DNA of 64,000 bases from an uncultured Candidatus Saccharibacteria bacterium (GTDB lineage: Bacteria; Patescibacteriota; CPR2; UBA1875; CAIMLA01): positions 128,393 to 192,392 of the forward strand of contig CAZCRI010000001.1 of NCBI GenBank assembly GCA_964501135.1, read 5' to 3'. Numbering within the stretch: position 1 is the first letter of the stretch; each line of letters starts with the position of its first letter. The notes beneath the pieces are model-generated. The model had not been told where the DNA came from, searched no databases, and saw nothing but the letters and a program-made list of their open reading frames with translations. The position numbers and the translations under genes were made by a program. Shown here one piece after another: positions 9,071-18,797 of the stretch.

Positions 9071-10498
9071 ATGAATAAATATTCACTTAAGCAGATAGAG
9101 CGCAAGTTTAGCATCCCGGTGCGCAAACTGACCTATCTGATTCGTAAAGACCTTATTGAACCTATTGTAGATGAGGGTCATCTTCTCGTTTCAGAGGGGG
9201 AAATCAAGAGGTATCTTTCCCTTTCCAGTGAAGTAAAACGTAAACATCAAGATTCCTTTCTGAAGACTTTGGGGCCAGGAATTATCACCGGTGCTTCTGA
9301 TGACGATCCTTCAGGGATTGGCACTTATTCTCAGGTTGGCGCTCAGTATGGCCTTGGTCTTACTTGGCTTTCACTTTACCTTTTGCCGATGAATACTGCT
9401 GTTCAGGAAACGGTGGCTCGTATCGGCATTGTTACGGGCAAGGGTCTGGCGGGAGTGATAAGTAAACACTATGGTAAAAAGTTGCTTTACCTCTTGGTTT
9501 CTCTGCTTGTAATTGCCAATACTATCAACATCGGGGCTGACATTGGTGCTATGGTGGCGTCGTTTCAGCTATTGGTGCCGATTAATTTTTACCTGGGTGC
9601 CATCTTACTAACAATCGGTATGTTACTTCTGGAGGTACTTTTCCCTTACCATAAATACGCCAAAATACTAAAGTGGCTTACCATCTCACTTTTTGCCTAT
9701 ATTGCAACCGGAATCATTATTCATCCAGATTGGATAGCGGTGGGTCAGAGCATGATTATCCCAAAGGTGGTTCTAGATGCTTCTTTCTTTGCTGCGCTTG
9801 TCGCCGTGATGGGGACCACTATTTCACCATACCTGTTCTTCTGGCAAGCATCAGAGGAAGTCGAGGAGGAGAAAGATAAGGGGATACTGGCCGATCATCA
9901 TGCCCTTGCTTACCGTAAAGAGCTAAAAGCGATGCGCAAAGATACATTCACAGGGATGGCTTACGCGAATGTCGTTTTCTTATTCATCGTGGTTACTACT
10001 GCTTTCGTGCTTAACAAGCACGGCATTACTACCATAAATTCGGCTGCTGATGCTGCCCTAGCACTAAGACCGCTCGCCGGTGATCTCACCTACTTGCTGT
10101 TTACGGTTGGTATCTTTGGGGTTGGACTTCTGGCAGTCCCTGTGCTCGCTGGTTCCTCCGCTTATGCTGTTTCCGAGATTATGGGTTGGAAAGAGGGTCT
10201 GAACGAGAAGTTCAAAAAAGCCCGTGGTTTTTACGGGATTATAATCGCTTCAATGGTTGTCGGACTTGCGATGAACTTCTTTGGTATAAACCCGATCAAG
10301 GCCTTGTATTACGCTGCGATTGTCAACGGTACCGCCTCTCCAATTCTAATGTACTTTATCTTCAAGGTCGGAAACGATCAACGAGTCATGGGCCAGTTTA
10401 CCAGTCCTCGTTGGGTAAATTTCTGGGGCTACATCGCCACAATATTGATGGGAGTAGCGGCGATTACACTTTATGTATTCCTCGCAATAGGGAAGTAA
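9071..10498 (+). CDS. Nramp-family divalent metal cation transporter with an N-terminal MerR-like HTH extension
   Basis: GPGIITGASDDDPSGIGTYSQVGAQYGLGLTW and about 11 TM helices; first about 50 aa resemble MerR HTH (YSLKQIERKFSIPVRKLTYLIRKDLIEP). Confidence 0.65.
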   Translation: MNKYSLKQIERKFSIPVRKLTYLIRKDLIEPIVDEGHLLVSEGEIKRYLSLSSEVKRKHQDSFLKTLGPGIITGASDDDPSGIGTYSQVGAQYGLGLTWLSLYLLPMNTAVQETVARIGIVTGKGLAGVISKHYGKKLLYLLVSLLVIANTINIGADIGAMVASFQLLVPINFYLGAILLTIGMLLLEVLFPYHKYAKILKWLTISLFAYIATGIIIHPDWIAVGQSMIIPKVVLDASFFAALVAVMGTTISPYLFFWQASEEVEEEKDKGILADHHALAYRKELKAMRKDTFTGMAYANVVFLFIVVTTAFVLNKHGITTINSAADAALALRPLAGDLTYLLFTVGIFGVGLLAVPVLAGSSAYAVSEIMGWKEGLNEKFKKARGFYGIIIASMVVGLAMNFFGINPIKALYYAAIVNGTASPILMYFIFKVGNDQRVMGQFTSPRWVNFWGYIATILMGVAAITLYVFLAIGK

Positions 10499-10499
10499 C

Positions 10500-11237
10500 A
10501 TGATCGGGATTTTCGACTCCGGTGTAGGCGGATTATCAATCTATCTTGAACTAAAGAAAATTGCGCCACAGCTCTCGGTGGTTTATTTCGCTGACAGCGC
10601 AAATTTTCCTTATGGCGAGAAGAGTCAGGAGCAGTTACTGGCGCTTTCTGTGGCTGCCACCGAGCGGCTAATTGAATACGGCGCTACAACTATTGTGGTA
10701 GCTTGCAACAGTGCAACAGTTTCGACTATTACTGACCTTCGGGAAAGGTATCCCCAACTCAATTTTGTCGGTGTAGAGCCCGCCATCAAGGTGGCGACTG
10801 AGCAACTCCGTTCACGTCATATTGGTTTACTAGCAACGAAGAAGACCGTTGTCACTCACGATTCGGATTCTTTGGCCGATGGCGGTAAGGTATATAGGCA
10901 CTGGAATTCAGCTTTGATAGATATGATAGAGACTAGATATGTTCAAATTACTCACGAAGACTTGTCACGAGCGGTTGACCCCCTCGTTCAACAAGGAGTA
11001 GATACGATTGTGCTAGGTTGCACGCATTTTTATTTCGTGAAAGCACGTTTTGAAAGTGAGTTTCTAGGGCTCAAGTTTGTGGAAGCGGCACAAGCAGTGG
11101 CAGCAAGAACCCTAGAGATAGGGACAACGGATAGTGAAAACAAAGAAATATTTTTGGTTTCCGGTGATCTCACAAGATTTACGGATTTTATGGAAAATGT
11201 AGTAGGATATAAGCATGCAGATATCAGAAAAGTATAA
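10500..11237 (+). CDS. murI: glutamate racemase
   Basis: IGIFDSGVGGLS...YGEK...VVACNSATV...GCTHF motifs. Confidence 0.9.
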   Translation: MIGIFDSGVGGLSIYLELKKIAPQLSVVYFADSANFPYGEKSQEQLLALSVAATERLIEYGATTIVVACNSATVSTITDLRERYPQLNFVGVEPAIKVATEQLRSRHIGLLATKKTVVTHDSDSLADGGKVYRHWNSALIDMIETRYVQITHEDLSRAVDPLVQQGVDTIVLGCTHFYFVKARFESEFLGLKFVEAAQAVAARTLEIGTTDSENKEIFLVSGDLTRFTDFMENVVGYKHADIRKV

Positions 11238-12576
11238 AGACAAGAAGGTTAGTGTCCTCGGTTTTGGAGCGGAAGGCCAAGCTACCTTTGAGTATCTGAA
11301 AAAGCATGGGATTACGGCGGCAATCTGTGATCTGCTCAGTGACTCTGAATTTGCCGAGAAGCACCCAGAGTATCTAGATGCGCAACTTCATCTTGGGCAT
11401 GATTATATCGAGGCAGCAGCGCAATACGATGTCATCTTTAAGACTCCGGGGATTTCTCCTTTGGAACCAGGTCTTGTAGCCGCAGCAGCCAAGGGAGTTG
11501 TGGTAACAAGTCAGTTGCAGGAGTTCTTCGACCTGTGTCCTTGTCGAATCATCGGGGTTACCGGTACCAAAGGGAAGGGGACAACATCGACAATAATTCA
11601 CGATACGCTATTGGCGGCAGGGGCAGATGTTTATTTCGGCGGCAATATTGGGAATCCGGCAATCTCGTTCTTGGACGAACTCAATGCCAGCTCAACCGTA
11701 GTGCTAGAGCTCTCCTCTTTTCAGTTACAAGTTCTCCGTAAGAGCCCGCAAATCGCGGTGCTCCTCAATGTGACTAGTGAACACCTGGATTATCATATGG
11801 ATACAGCTGAATATCGTGAGGCAAAGGCAAATATTATAAGATTTCAGACTTCTAGCGATACTGCAACCATAAACGCCGACTACACTGTCCCTCAGGAAAT
11901 GGCTCTCGGCGGATCTGGTAAGAAGCTTTACTTCAGTAAAGAAAAGGCTGTGAATGGCTGTTATGTCGATAGTGATGACAACATTGTCCTTGATTACAAT
12001 GGAGTACATGCAGTCTTGGCGAAAGCCAGTGAAATGCAGCTGCGAGGAAGACATAACCTCGAGAATATTACAGCTGCTAGCCTCGCTGCTTCAGTAGCGG
12101 GGGTTCCCGCAGAGACAATTTCTAAGGTTATCAAGAACTTTGTTGGTCTCGAGCATCGTTTGGAACTGGTCCGTGAAGTTCAGGGAGTCCGTTATTATAA
12201 CGATTCTTTCTCCACCGTACCAGAGACCGCTATCGCTGCCCTAAATAGCTTCCCAGAACCGATTGTGCTAATTGCCGGTGGCAGCAGTAAGAACTCTGAT
12301 TACACCGAGCTTGGGAAGCAGATATCTGGCGCTAATATCCGCGCTCTTGTGCTGATCGGCGCCACTGCAAACGAGATTGAGAGCGCTCTGATTTCTGGCT
12401 ATACTTTCCCAGTCATCCGCGATCTAACCAAGATGGAAGACATTGTCGCCGCCGCACGTGATGCCGCGACCCCTGGAGATATCGTATTGCTTTCTCCGGC
12501 CTGCGCTTCCAAGGGATTATTCCAAAACTACAAGGACAGGGGTGATCAATTCAAGGCAGCGGTTCAAAAACTTTAA
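11215..12576 (+). CDS. murD: UDP-N-acetylmuramoyl-L-alanine--D-glutamate ligase
   Basis: Mur ligase P-loop GVTGTKGKGTTSTI, central and C-terminal Mur ligase domains; overlaps murI by 23 nt. Confidence 0.9.
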   Translation: MQISEKYKDKKVSVLGFGAEGQATFEYLKKHGITAAICDLLSDSEFAEKHPEYLDAQLHLGHDYIEAAAQYDVIFKTPGISPLEPGLVAAAAKGVVVTSQLQEFFDLCPCRIIGVTGTKGKGTTSTIIHDTLLAAGADVYFGGNIGNPAISFLDELNASSTVVLELSSFQLQVLRKSPQIAVLLNVTSEHLDYHMDTAEYREAKANIIRFQTSSDTATINADYTVPQEMALGGSGKKLYFSKEKAVNGCYVDSDDNIVLDYNGVHAVLAKASEMQLRGRHNLENITAASLAASVAGVPAETISKVIKNFVGLEHRLELVREVQGVRYYNDSFSTVPETAIAALNSFPEPIVLIAGGSSKNSDYTELGKQISGANIRALVLIGATANEIESALISGYTFPVIRDLTKMEDIVAAARDAATPGDIVLLSPACASKGLFQNYKDRGDQFKAAVQKL

Positions 12577-12687
12577 AGTTCAAATTATTTATACAATATA
12601 AGCACAAAGTACTAGACAAAACCGAACAATATTATTATAATGCGATTAATAATACGAGTATCCTTATGGGTACAAAGTGAGGTAAAG

Positions 12688-13269
12688 ATGTACGAAACAC
12701 TTTTCGGTTCGAAAACTCGAGTAAAATTACTCGCATTACTACTAACCAGCCCAGGCCGTTCCTTCTACGTTCGGGAGCTTACTCGTTCGATTGAGGAACA
12801 GATCAACTCAGTTCGTCGCGAACTCCTAAACCTCAAGTCCCTCGGCATTGTAAAGTCACATGAAAAACGGGGCAAAGTATACTACGAAGCCAATACCAAA
12901 TACTCTGCTTACCCAGAGCTTAGGAAGATGTTTGAGAAGGCCGAGAAGGGGCTGGGTGCAGACGACAAGCTCGCTAGTGCGTTACGTCGTGCCGGAGATG
13001 TCCAGTATGTTGCCCTCATGGGAGCCTTTGTCGGTGATAACAGCTCTCAGGTAGACATCTTTATCGTCGGTGAAATTGATAAGCGAAAGCTAAAGCCCGC
13101 ACTTACAGATCTAGAGAAGGAGATTGGACGCGAAGCGAATTACTGCATCATGGGCGAGGCTGAGTTTGAGGATCGTTCGATGCTCTTCGATCGTTTTATC
13201 ACCGAAACTATGGCAAAGCCGAAAAAAGTTATCATTGATTATCTAAAGACAGCAGAAGAGGGGGAGTAG
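12688..13269 (+). CDS. winged-helix transcriptional regulator-like protein with uncharacterised C-terminal domain
   Basis: ORF 12640-13269; ATG 12688 begins MYETLFGSKTRVKLLALLL...RELTRSIEEQINSVRRELLNLKSLGIV (HTH-like). Confidence 0.5.
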   Translation: MYETLFGSKTRVKLLALLLTSPGRSFYVRELTRSIEEQINSVRRELLNLKSLGIVKSHEKRGKVYYEANTKYSAYPELRKMFEKAEKGLGADDKLASALRRAGDVQYVALMGAFVGDNSSQVDIFIVGEIDKRKLKPALTDLEKEIGREANYCIMGEAEFEDRSMLFDRFITETMAKPKKVIIDYLKTAEEGE

Positions 13270-14312
13270 TGGAAGAAGAGAGGGATCACAAAGTAACGGT
13301 AGAGTTCTCCTTCGTTTCGATTTTTTGGGTTCTCGGGATTATTTTGAGCCTTTGGCTGTTCGTTAACTTGCAGGACATCTTGATGTCCCTAGTCTTGGCT
13401 TTTATCCTTGCTACCGCTATCGCACCAGTAATTGATTTGCTTCAGAAGAAGAAAGTACCGAGAGCACTCTCGATTACCGTAATCTATCTGCTAATTCTTG
13501 GCCTCATCGTTCTGGTTGCGCGACTTATCTTGCCACCACTTGCGCAGCAGATTACCGGGCTATTTCAGAATCGCATGAGTTATATCGACACTATCTCCGG
13601 ATATTTCGGAAGCTTTAGTGAACCGATTCGAATCAATATGACTAGTGCCGTGAATAAATTCTCCGGTTCATTTACAAGCCTTAATTATTCAGGGCTTGTA
13701 ACTGGTGCCAAAGATATCTTCTCTGGTCTGATCGATGTTATCTTGGTCTTTGTGCTTAGTTTCTACTTCTTGCTCTCCAAGAACGGGATTGAAAACACCA
13801 TCACCCAGTACGTGCCAAAGCAATTCCAAAAGAAGGTTACCTTCCTTTTTAGAAAGATTTCCAAGAAGATGAGCGCTTGGCTTCAGGGGCAGGTATTCCT
13901 TGGCCTTATCATCTTTGCGGTAAATTTTGTTGGGCTTAGTATCCTGAGAGTTGATTATGCTCTTACGCTAGCCATTATCTCAGGGCTTTTGGAAGTACTT
14001 CCAATTATCGGACCTTGGGTTTCTGGCGGCCTAGCGACAATTGTTGCTCTTACAATGTCTCCAATCCTCGGGCTTATTGTTGCCTCTTGGTATGTCCTGG
14101 TTCAGCAGCTAGAAAACCACATTATTGTTCCTATGGTGATGAAGAAATCTTTGGGGCTCAATCCAATCGCTGTGATTCTCGCCTTGCTTATCGGTGGTAA
14201 ACTACTCGGGATTCTTGGTATAATTATCTCTGTGCCAGTCGCTGCCGCTATCGGTGTATTGCTGGAAGAATTTGTGAAGATTAAGGAAACGGAGGCAATG
14301 GGTGGAAATTAG
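13269..14312 (+). CDS. AI-2E family transporter (PerM/UPF0118)
   Basis: 8 TM pattern; conserved EVLPIIGPW and GLNP segments. Confidence 0.75.
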   Translation: MEEERDHKVTVEFSFVSIFWVLGIILSLWLFVNLQDILMSLVLAFILATAIAPVIDLLQKKKVPRALSITVIYLLILGLIVLVARLILPPLAQQITGLFQNRMSYIDTISGYFGSFSEPIRINMTSAVNKFSGSFTSLNYSGLVTGAKDIFSGLIDVILVFVLSFYFLLSKNGIENTITQYVPKQFQKKVTFLFRKISKKMSAWLQGQVFLGLIIFAVNFVGLSILRVDYALTLAIISGLLEVLPIIGPWVSGGLATIVALTMSPILGLIVASWYVLVQQLENHIIVPMVMKKSLGLNPIAVILALLIGGKLLGILGIIISVPVAAAIGVLLEEFVKIKETEAMGGN

Positions 14313-14934
14313 TTATCTCGGACATTCGTGTTTTAAAGTTACAGGCAAGAAAATTTCGGTTCTCACTGACCCATTTGACCCTGCAGTTGTGGGCATCAAA
14401 CTTGGAAAGCAGGATGCTGATGTTGTTACTATCAGTCATAACCACAAGGACCATAACAATCTTTCGGTTGTAAAAAGCGAAGAGTATTTGGTTTTAGATT
14501 CACCGGGTGAGTATGAAGTAAAAGAATCAGAGTTTGTTGGGGTAGAGGCCTATCATGACGAGAATCAGGGCGCAGATCGTGGCAAGGTCACTATGTTTGC
14601 CTTTGAAGTAGACGGAATCAAGATTGCACATCTTGGTGATCTTGGTACTGAACTTACAAGCGCTCAGCTAGATTGCCTAGACGGTGTCGATATCCTAATG
14701 TTACCAGTTGGTGGGCATAAGCATATTGATGCGAAAACTGCAGTGAAGGTAGCCACTCAGATTGAGCCAAAGATTATCTTACCAATGCACTACAAGATGG
14801 TGGAAGGTTCAGAGTTTGATCCAGCAGATAACTTTTATCATGAGATGGCTGTAAAGCCTGAACTTCAGGATAAGCTAAAGATTCAAAAGAAGGATTTACC
14901 GCTAGAACTTACAGTGGTAGCACTAAAGTACTAA
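14302..14934 (+). CDS. metal-dependent hydrolase, MBL fold (UPF0173-like)
   Basis: MEISYLGHSCFKV...TISHNHKDH...HLGDLG...PVGGH. Confidence 0.75.
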   Translation: MEISYLGHSCFKVTGKKISVLTDPFDPAVVGIKLGKQDADVVTISHNHKDHNNLSVVKSEEYLVLDSPGEYEVKESEFVGVEAYHDENQGADRGKVTMFAFEVDGIKIAHLGDLGTELTSAQLDCLDGVDILMLPVGGHKHIDAKTAVKVATQIEPKIILPMHYKMVEGSEFDPADNFYHEMAVKPELQDKLKIQKKDLPLELTVVALKY

Positions 14935-15003
14935 TCCCAAACAAAATTAATTTTAGCTGTCATTCCCGCGAAAGCGGGAATCTTTTTCGTCTATCGTCGT
15001 TAC

Positions 15004-15182
15004 ATTTACCGCTTTTGGCAGCAAAAGCGGTGCAAAACTGCCGACTCCTTGCAAGATTGCCAGTGTCACTCCTCCTTCACTCTTTCTTAAAAGACAAAAC
15101 TCGTCCGCCTGTAGGCGGACTCAAACATTGCCATTTTAAGATAATCGCTTAGTTCGTCGTTCGCTGTATTTCGCAGGTCGCG
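15004..15182. repeat. copy A of an about 180-bp structured intergenic repeat (partner at 53016-53197)
   Basis: about 90% identity to copy B; hairpins CCGCTTTTG-GCAG-CAAAAGCGG and GTCCGCC-TGTA-GGCGGAC; compensatory substitutions in second hairpin. Confidence 0.7.
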
Positions 15183-15213
15183 GAGCGAGGGTATTATTCA
15201 CGGTTAACGGGAT

Positions 15214-16050
15214 TTATGCAAGAGAGACAATATTTACAAAGAGTAGTAGGAAGGCGAAACAGTTTATCAGGAGGGCCGAGCGGAACTCGAACATATGTTT
15301 TTTGCTGGTATGGAGTCCACAACGTCGAAGCTCAATGCCATCAAAGACGATTAGCATAAAGAGCATTCCCCAGAGGATGAAGTAGCCAAGTTTACTGTCG
15401 CTCACGGGGCTGAGGAGATTTAAGGCTGGCTCACTCTTGGCACCCATTACTAGGGTGGTAAAGTTGCTTGTTTGAGTAGGTGCCGTCTTTTGTCGGCCAA
15501 ACATTTGAACCATCACCGTGCTGTCCTTACCGTCGATGGTGGCAGTTCCCACAGCGACGCCAATTTCGGTAAAATTGCTGTTTAGGAGGTTCTCGCGGTG
15601 TTTGGGTGACTCGGTCCAGGCTTTTACTACCCCCTCGGCTGTACTGAAGCCCTTCCCAAGGTTTTCTCCGGCGTATGCGTAATTGTAGCCGACACTCTCG
15701 ATAAAGGCCCAGGGTTGGACTCCTGAGGGCGAAGTGTGGTCCCAATAGCTATTCTTTTGCATATCGGCGATTTTGTCATTGGCGGCTTTGTCCAGTAGGG
15801 GGCTCTCAGCAAGTACGCCGAGTGAGTTGCTGGCGCGGAAAGAATTCGTTCGTTCTATAATTTCCTTATTGTCGGGAATTTGTGCTGCCAGGCTATGCGA
15901 TGGATCAATGTAAAGCCCACCAGTAAACAGTTGAGCCGCTGCGAGGAGCGCCGATAGTAAAGCTGCCAACTTGTGATTGGTCTTTTTTATCCTTGCTTTA
16001 CAGCTTTTCTTGGTCTGCACAGCTCTAGTTGTAGTCTTTTTCCTTGCCAT
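15214..16050 (-). CDS. CAP/SCP/PR1-like (YkwD-family) extracellular protein with C-terminal TM anchor
   Basis: CAP motifs (YNYAYAGENLGKGFSTAEGVVKAWTESPKHRENLLNSNFTEIGVAV); hydrophobic C-terminus. Confidence 0.65.
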   Translation of the reverse strand: MARKKTTTRAVQTKKSCKARIKKTNHKLAALLSALLAAAQLFTGGLYIDPSHSLAAQIPDNKEIIERTNSFRASNSLGVLAESPLLDKAANDKIADMQKNSYWDHTSPSGVQPWAFIESVGYNYAYAGENLGKGFSTAEGVVKAWTESPKHRENLLNSNFTEIGVAVGTATIDGKDSTVMVQMFGRQKTAPTQTSNFTTLVMGAKSEPALNLLSPVSDSKLGYFILWGMLFMLIVFDGIELRRCGLHTSKKHMFEFRSALLINCFAFLLLFVNIVSLA

Positions 16051-16121
16051 CTTGAGTTTATTATAGCAAAGTACTATAAAAAAAGAGAGGCCCAGAAGGG
16101 TCTCTCAAAAGAGAAGGCAAT

Positions 16122-18797
16122 TTATTTCTTTTTCTTATCGTCTTTCTTCTTGCGTTTCTTCCCGAGGATTAACCACCAGTAAGCGAGAAGTACGATAGCG
16201 ATAAGAGTTAGTAGGCCCCATATCCATCTAGCAACTCCCATCACTGTAGTATTCCACCAGTTTGGCGTATCAGTGTCACCCTTAACCTCTTCGTTGTTAC
16301 CTGAGCCTGAAGTGGTGGCAGGGGTTGTACTTGGGTTTTTGGTAGTAACTCCCGCTACAGCTCCGGCGGCTCCTTCAGTTCCTGTGGTCGAAGCAACAGG
16401 TGCGGCAGTAATCGTGAAGTTTGCTGGAACGAAAGTAATTGCATAGTTGGTATTGGCTAAAGTACCTAAAGTGATTGCGTAAGTACCCACGCCTTCTCCC
16501 TCTACTCTACTTAGAGTTCCTGCCAAGACATCGCCATCTACTAGTGAACCTGTCGTGATAGCGTAGGTTAGTGTTGGGTCAGCAGCTCCGATAACTTTTG
16601 TTTTATCGGCGGCTGTAACCGTGATTGCCTTTGCGGTAATGACACCATCAGTGACGATGAAGTTTGTTGGGACAAGATAGTTGTTGATATCGATGCCATC
16701 CAGGGAGTAAACGACGGTAATGGTTTTTCCTGTTCCGACGTTCTTGGTGTCAAAGTCAGCATCTGCCGAAACAGTAACATCCTCGTCTCCAACAACACCC
16801 GAAACCTCACCTGGTATCACGGCTGTAGCTGTTGAGCCATCATAAACCTTGGTCTTTGTAATTTCTGGGTCAGTAATGGTGAGCTGTTTCTGGGTGATGA
16901 CACCTTGATCGGTTGTGAAGTCATCAAGTCCTGTGTAATTAGAACTATCGTCCCCGGTGACTAGGTAGACCACAGTGATAGTCTTTTCTGTTCCTGCGTC
17001 TTTGGTGTCGTAATTCGCTGTAGCGCTAACAGTAACGTCGTCACCTTCGACAACACCAGAAAGATCGCCCGTAGCTACTACTGCGTCAGTAGTGCCGTCG
17101 TAAATCTTTGTGAGCTGAATGTCAGGAGCGGAGATTGATAGAGTCTTTGGAGTAATCTCTCCAAATTCCGAAATGTCATTGCCTGGAGCAATGTAATTTC
17201 CTGCATCGGCACCTTCTAGGCCATAAGCCACGGTGATGGTTTTATCACTGCCCACATTCTTGGTGTCGTAATTAGCGGTAGCAGTTGGAGTAACATCGTC
17301 TCCTTCGATAATAGTGTGTAGGCTTCCTGGAACCACTACAGCGCTTGTGTTACCATCGTATACTTTGGTATCAGTGAGGTCTGGAAGGTTTATTTCCAGC
17401 TGAAGCTTATTGATAGTTCCATCGGTGATTGTGTAGTCGGCTGGGGCACGGTACTTATCGGCGTCTGGTCCGGTAAGGGTATAGCTGACGACAATTGTTT
17501 TGCCATTACCAGCGTCTTCACTATCGTAGTTTGCTGCGGCAGTAACGCCCACAGTTTCGCCGGCAATAACTCCACTGAGTGTTCCCGCACTAACTGCCGC
17601 TACGGCATTTCCGTCATAGATTTTAACTTTTGTGATCGAAGGGTCGGTGATGGTAAGCTGCTTCTTCTGAATCTCGCCAGTTCCAACAACGTAGTCCAGA
17701 GGTTTAGTGTAGTGACCAGAATCCCATCCGGAAAGTGAATAGACAACGGTGATGGTCTTATCTGTTCCTACGTTTTTGTTGTCATAACTAGCTACTGCAT
17801 GTGCGGTAACCCAGATATTTTCGCCAGGCACCACGCCAATGAGTGACCCTGGAGTTACAGACGCTGAAGTGTTGCCATCGTACTCTTTAACCAAGGTGAT
17901 AGTAGGGTCAGTAATCGAAAGTTGTTTCTTGGTAATTACACCAGTATGAACGTGGCTGCCAGCTGGTTCGTTGTAGTTGTCAGCGTCCGCTCCCGCTAGT
18001 ACGTAGGTGTAATATAGGGTTTTCCCAGTACCAACAAACCGGTCATCATAATGAGCATTGGCAGAAACCGTTACGGTATCGCCAGGCACCACACCGCTTA
18101 ATGTGCCTGCAGCAACAGTTGCACTGGTATTGCCGTCGTATGGTTTGCTCAGAGTGATTGTTGGGCTAGAAATTGTAAGATCTTTGGGCGTGATCACACC
18201 GTCGTGTACGTGAGAGTCCACGGGTTTGATGTATTTGTAAGCATCGCTGCCCGAGATAGAGTAGACAACCGTAATGGTTTTGCCACTTCCAACATTTTTG
18301 GTGTCGTAACTGGCGGTAGCTGTAACGGTTACGTGGTCACCGTGTAGATTTGTAGAAATACTGCCAGCCGTTACGTTTGCAAGTGTCGTGCCGTTATATA
18401 TCTTTGTCTTGGTAATAGTTGGAGCATTTACAGTGAGCTGGGTTTGGGTTGCAAAGTTGGCTCGGCAATTTACGTTAGAGTAGACATGCGCAATACCGTA
18501 GGGGTTAGCCGTTGAATTATCAGCCGGACAACTGTGCCAAGTTACATCAGACCATTCAGTGAAATAGTATCCAGTATTTGGAGTAGCAGTCATAGTAGAA
18601 CTACCGCCAAATGGAACGCTCGCAGGTAGCGCTACAGCTGTACCTCCAGCACCGCCGCTAGCATTTATGGAATACAGAGTCGCTGCCATCGTAGGCGAGC
18701 CCATCAGTAGCATCTGGAGAACTAGCGAGAATATCGCGAGTCCGGACACCGGTTTCTTTAGTCTTTCTAGAATCTTCATATAGATTCTCCTTTCCAC
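16122..18797 (-). CDS. large cell-surface repeat protein: signal peptide, about 8 tandem ~90-aa Ig-like repeats with (K/V)(I/V)YDG(N/T)T motif (YDG/MBG-type), T/G-rich linker, C-terminal TM anchor and poly-K tail
   Basis: 891 aa; repeated TITKTKIYNGTT... / TLVKEYDGNTSA... / YDTKNVGxGKTITVVYS modules; C-terminal LLTLIAIVLLAYWWLILGKKRKKKDDKKKK. Confidence 0.7.
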   Translation of the reverse strand: MERRIYMKILERLKKPVSGLAIFSLVLQMLLMGSPTMAATLYSINASGGAGGTAVALPASVPFGGSSTMTATPNTGYYFTEWSDVTWHSCPADNSTANPYGIAHVYSNVNCRANFATQTQLTVNAPTITKTKIYNGTTLANVTAGSISTNLHGDHVTVTATASYDTKNVGSGKTITVVYSISGSDAYKYIKPVDSHVHDGVITPKDLTISSPTITLSKPYDGNTSATVAAGTLSGVVPGDTVTVSANAHYDDRFVGTGKTLYYTYVLAGADADNYNEPAGSHVHTGVITKKQLSITDPTITLVKEYDGNTSASVTPGSLIGVVPGENIWVTAHAVASYDNKNVGTDKTITVVYSLSGWDSGHYTKPLDYVVGTGEIQKKQLTITDPSITKVKIYDGNAVAAVSAGTLSGVIAGETVGVTAAANYDSEDAGNGKTIVVSYTLTGPDADKYRAPADYTITDGTINKLQLEINLPDLTDTKVYDGNTSAVVVPGSLHTIIEGDDVTPTATANYDTKNVGSDKTITVAYGLEGADAGNYIAPGNDISEFGEITPKTLSISAPDIQLTKIYDGTTDAVVATGDLSGVVEGDDVTVSATANYDTKDAGTEKTITVVYLVTGDDSSNYTGLDDFTTDQGVITQKQLTITDPEITKTKVYDGSTATAVIPGEVSGVVGDEDVTVSADADFDTKNVGTGKTITVVYSLDGIDINNYLVPTNFIVTDGVITAKAITVTAADKTKVIGAADPTLTYAITTGSLVDGDVLAGTLSRVEGEGVGTYAITLGTLANTNYAITFVPANFTITAAPVASTTGTEGAAGAVAGVTTKNPSTTPATTSGSGNNEEVKGDTDTPNWWNTTVMGVARWIWGLLTLIAIVLLAYWWLILGKKRKKKDDKKKK

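Noticed and set aside
16122-18797. CRISPR-like periodicity inside the surface-protein gene
   Set aside because: The repeats are about 270 bp, imperfect and in-frame protein repeats. No CRISPR repeat-spacer architecture was found anywhere in the window.
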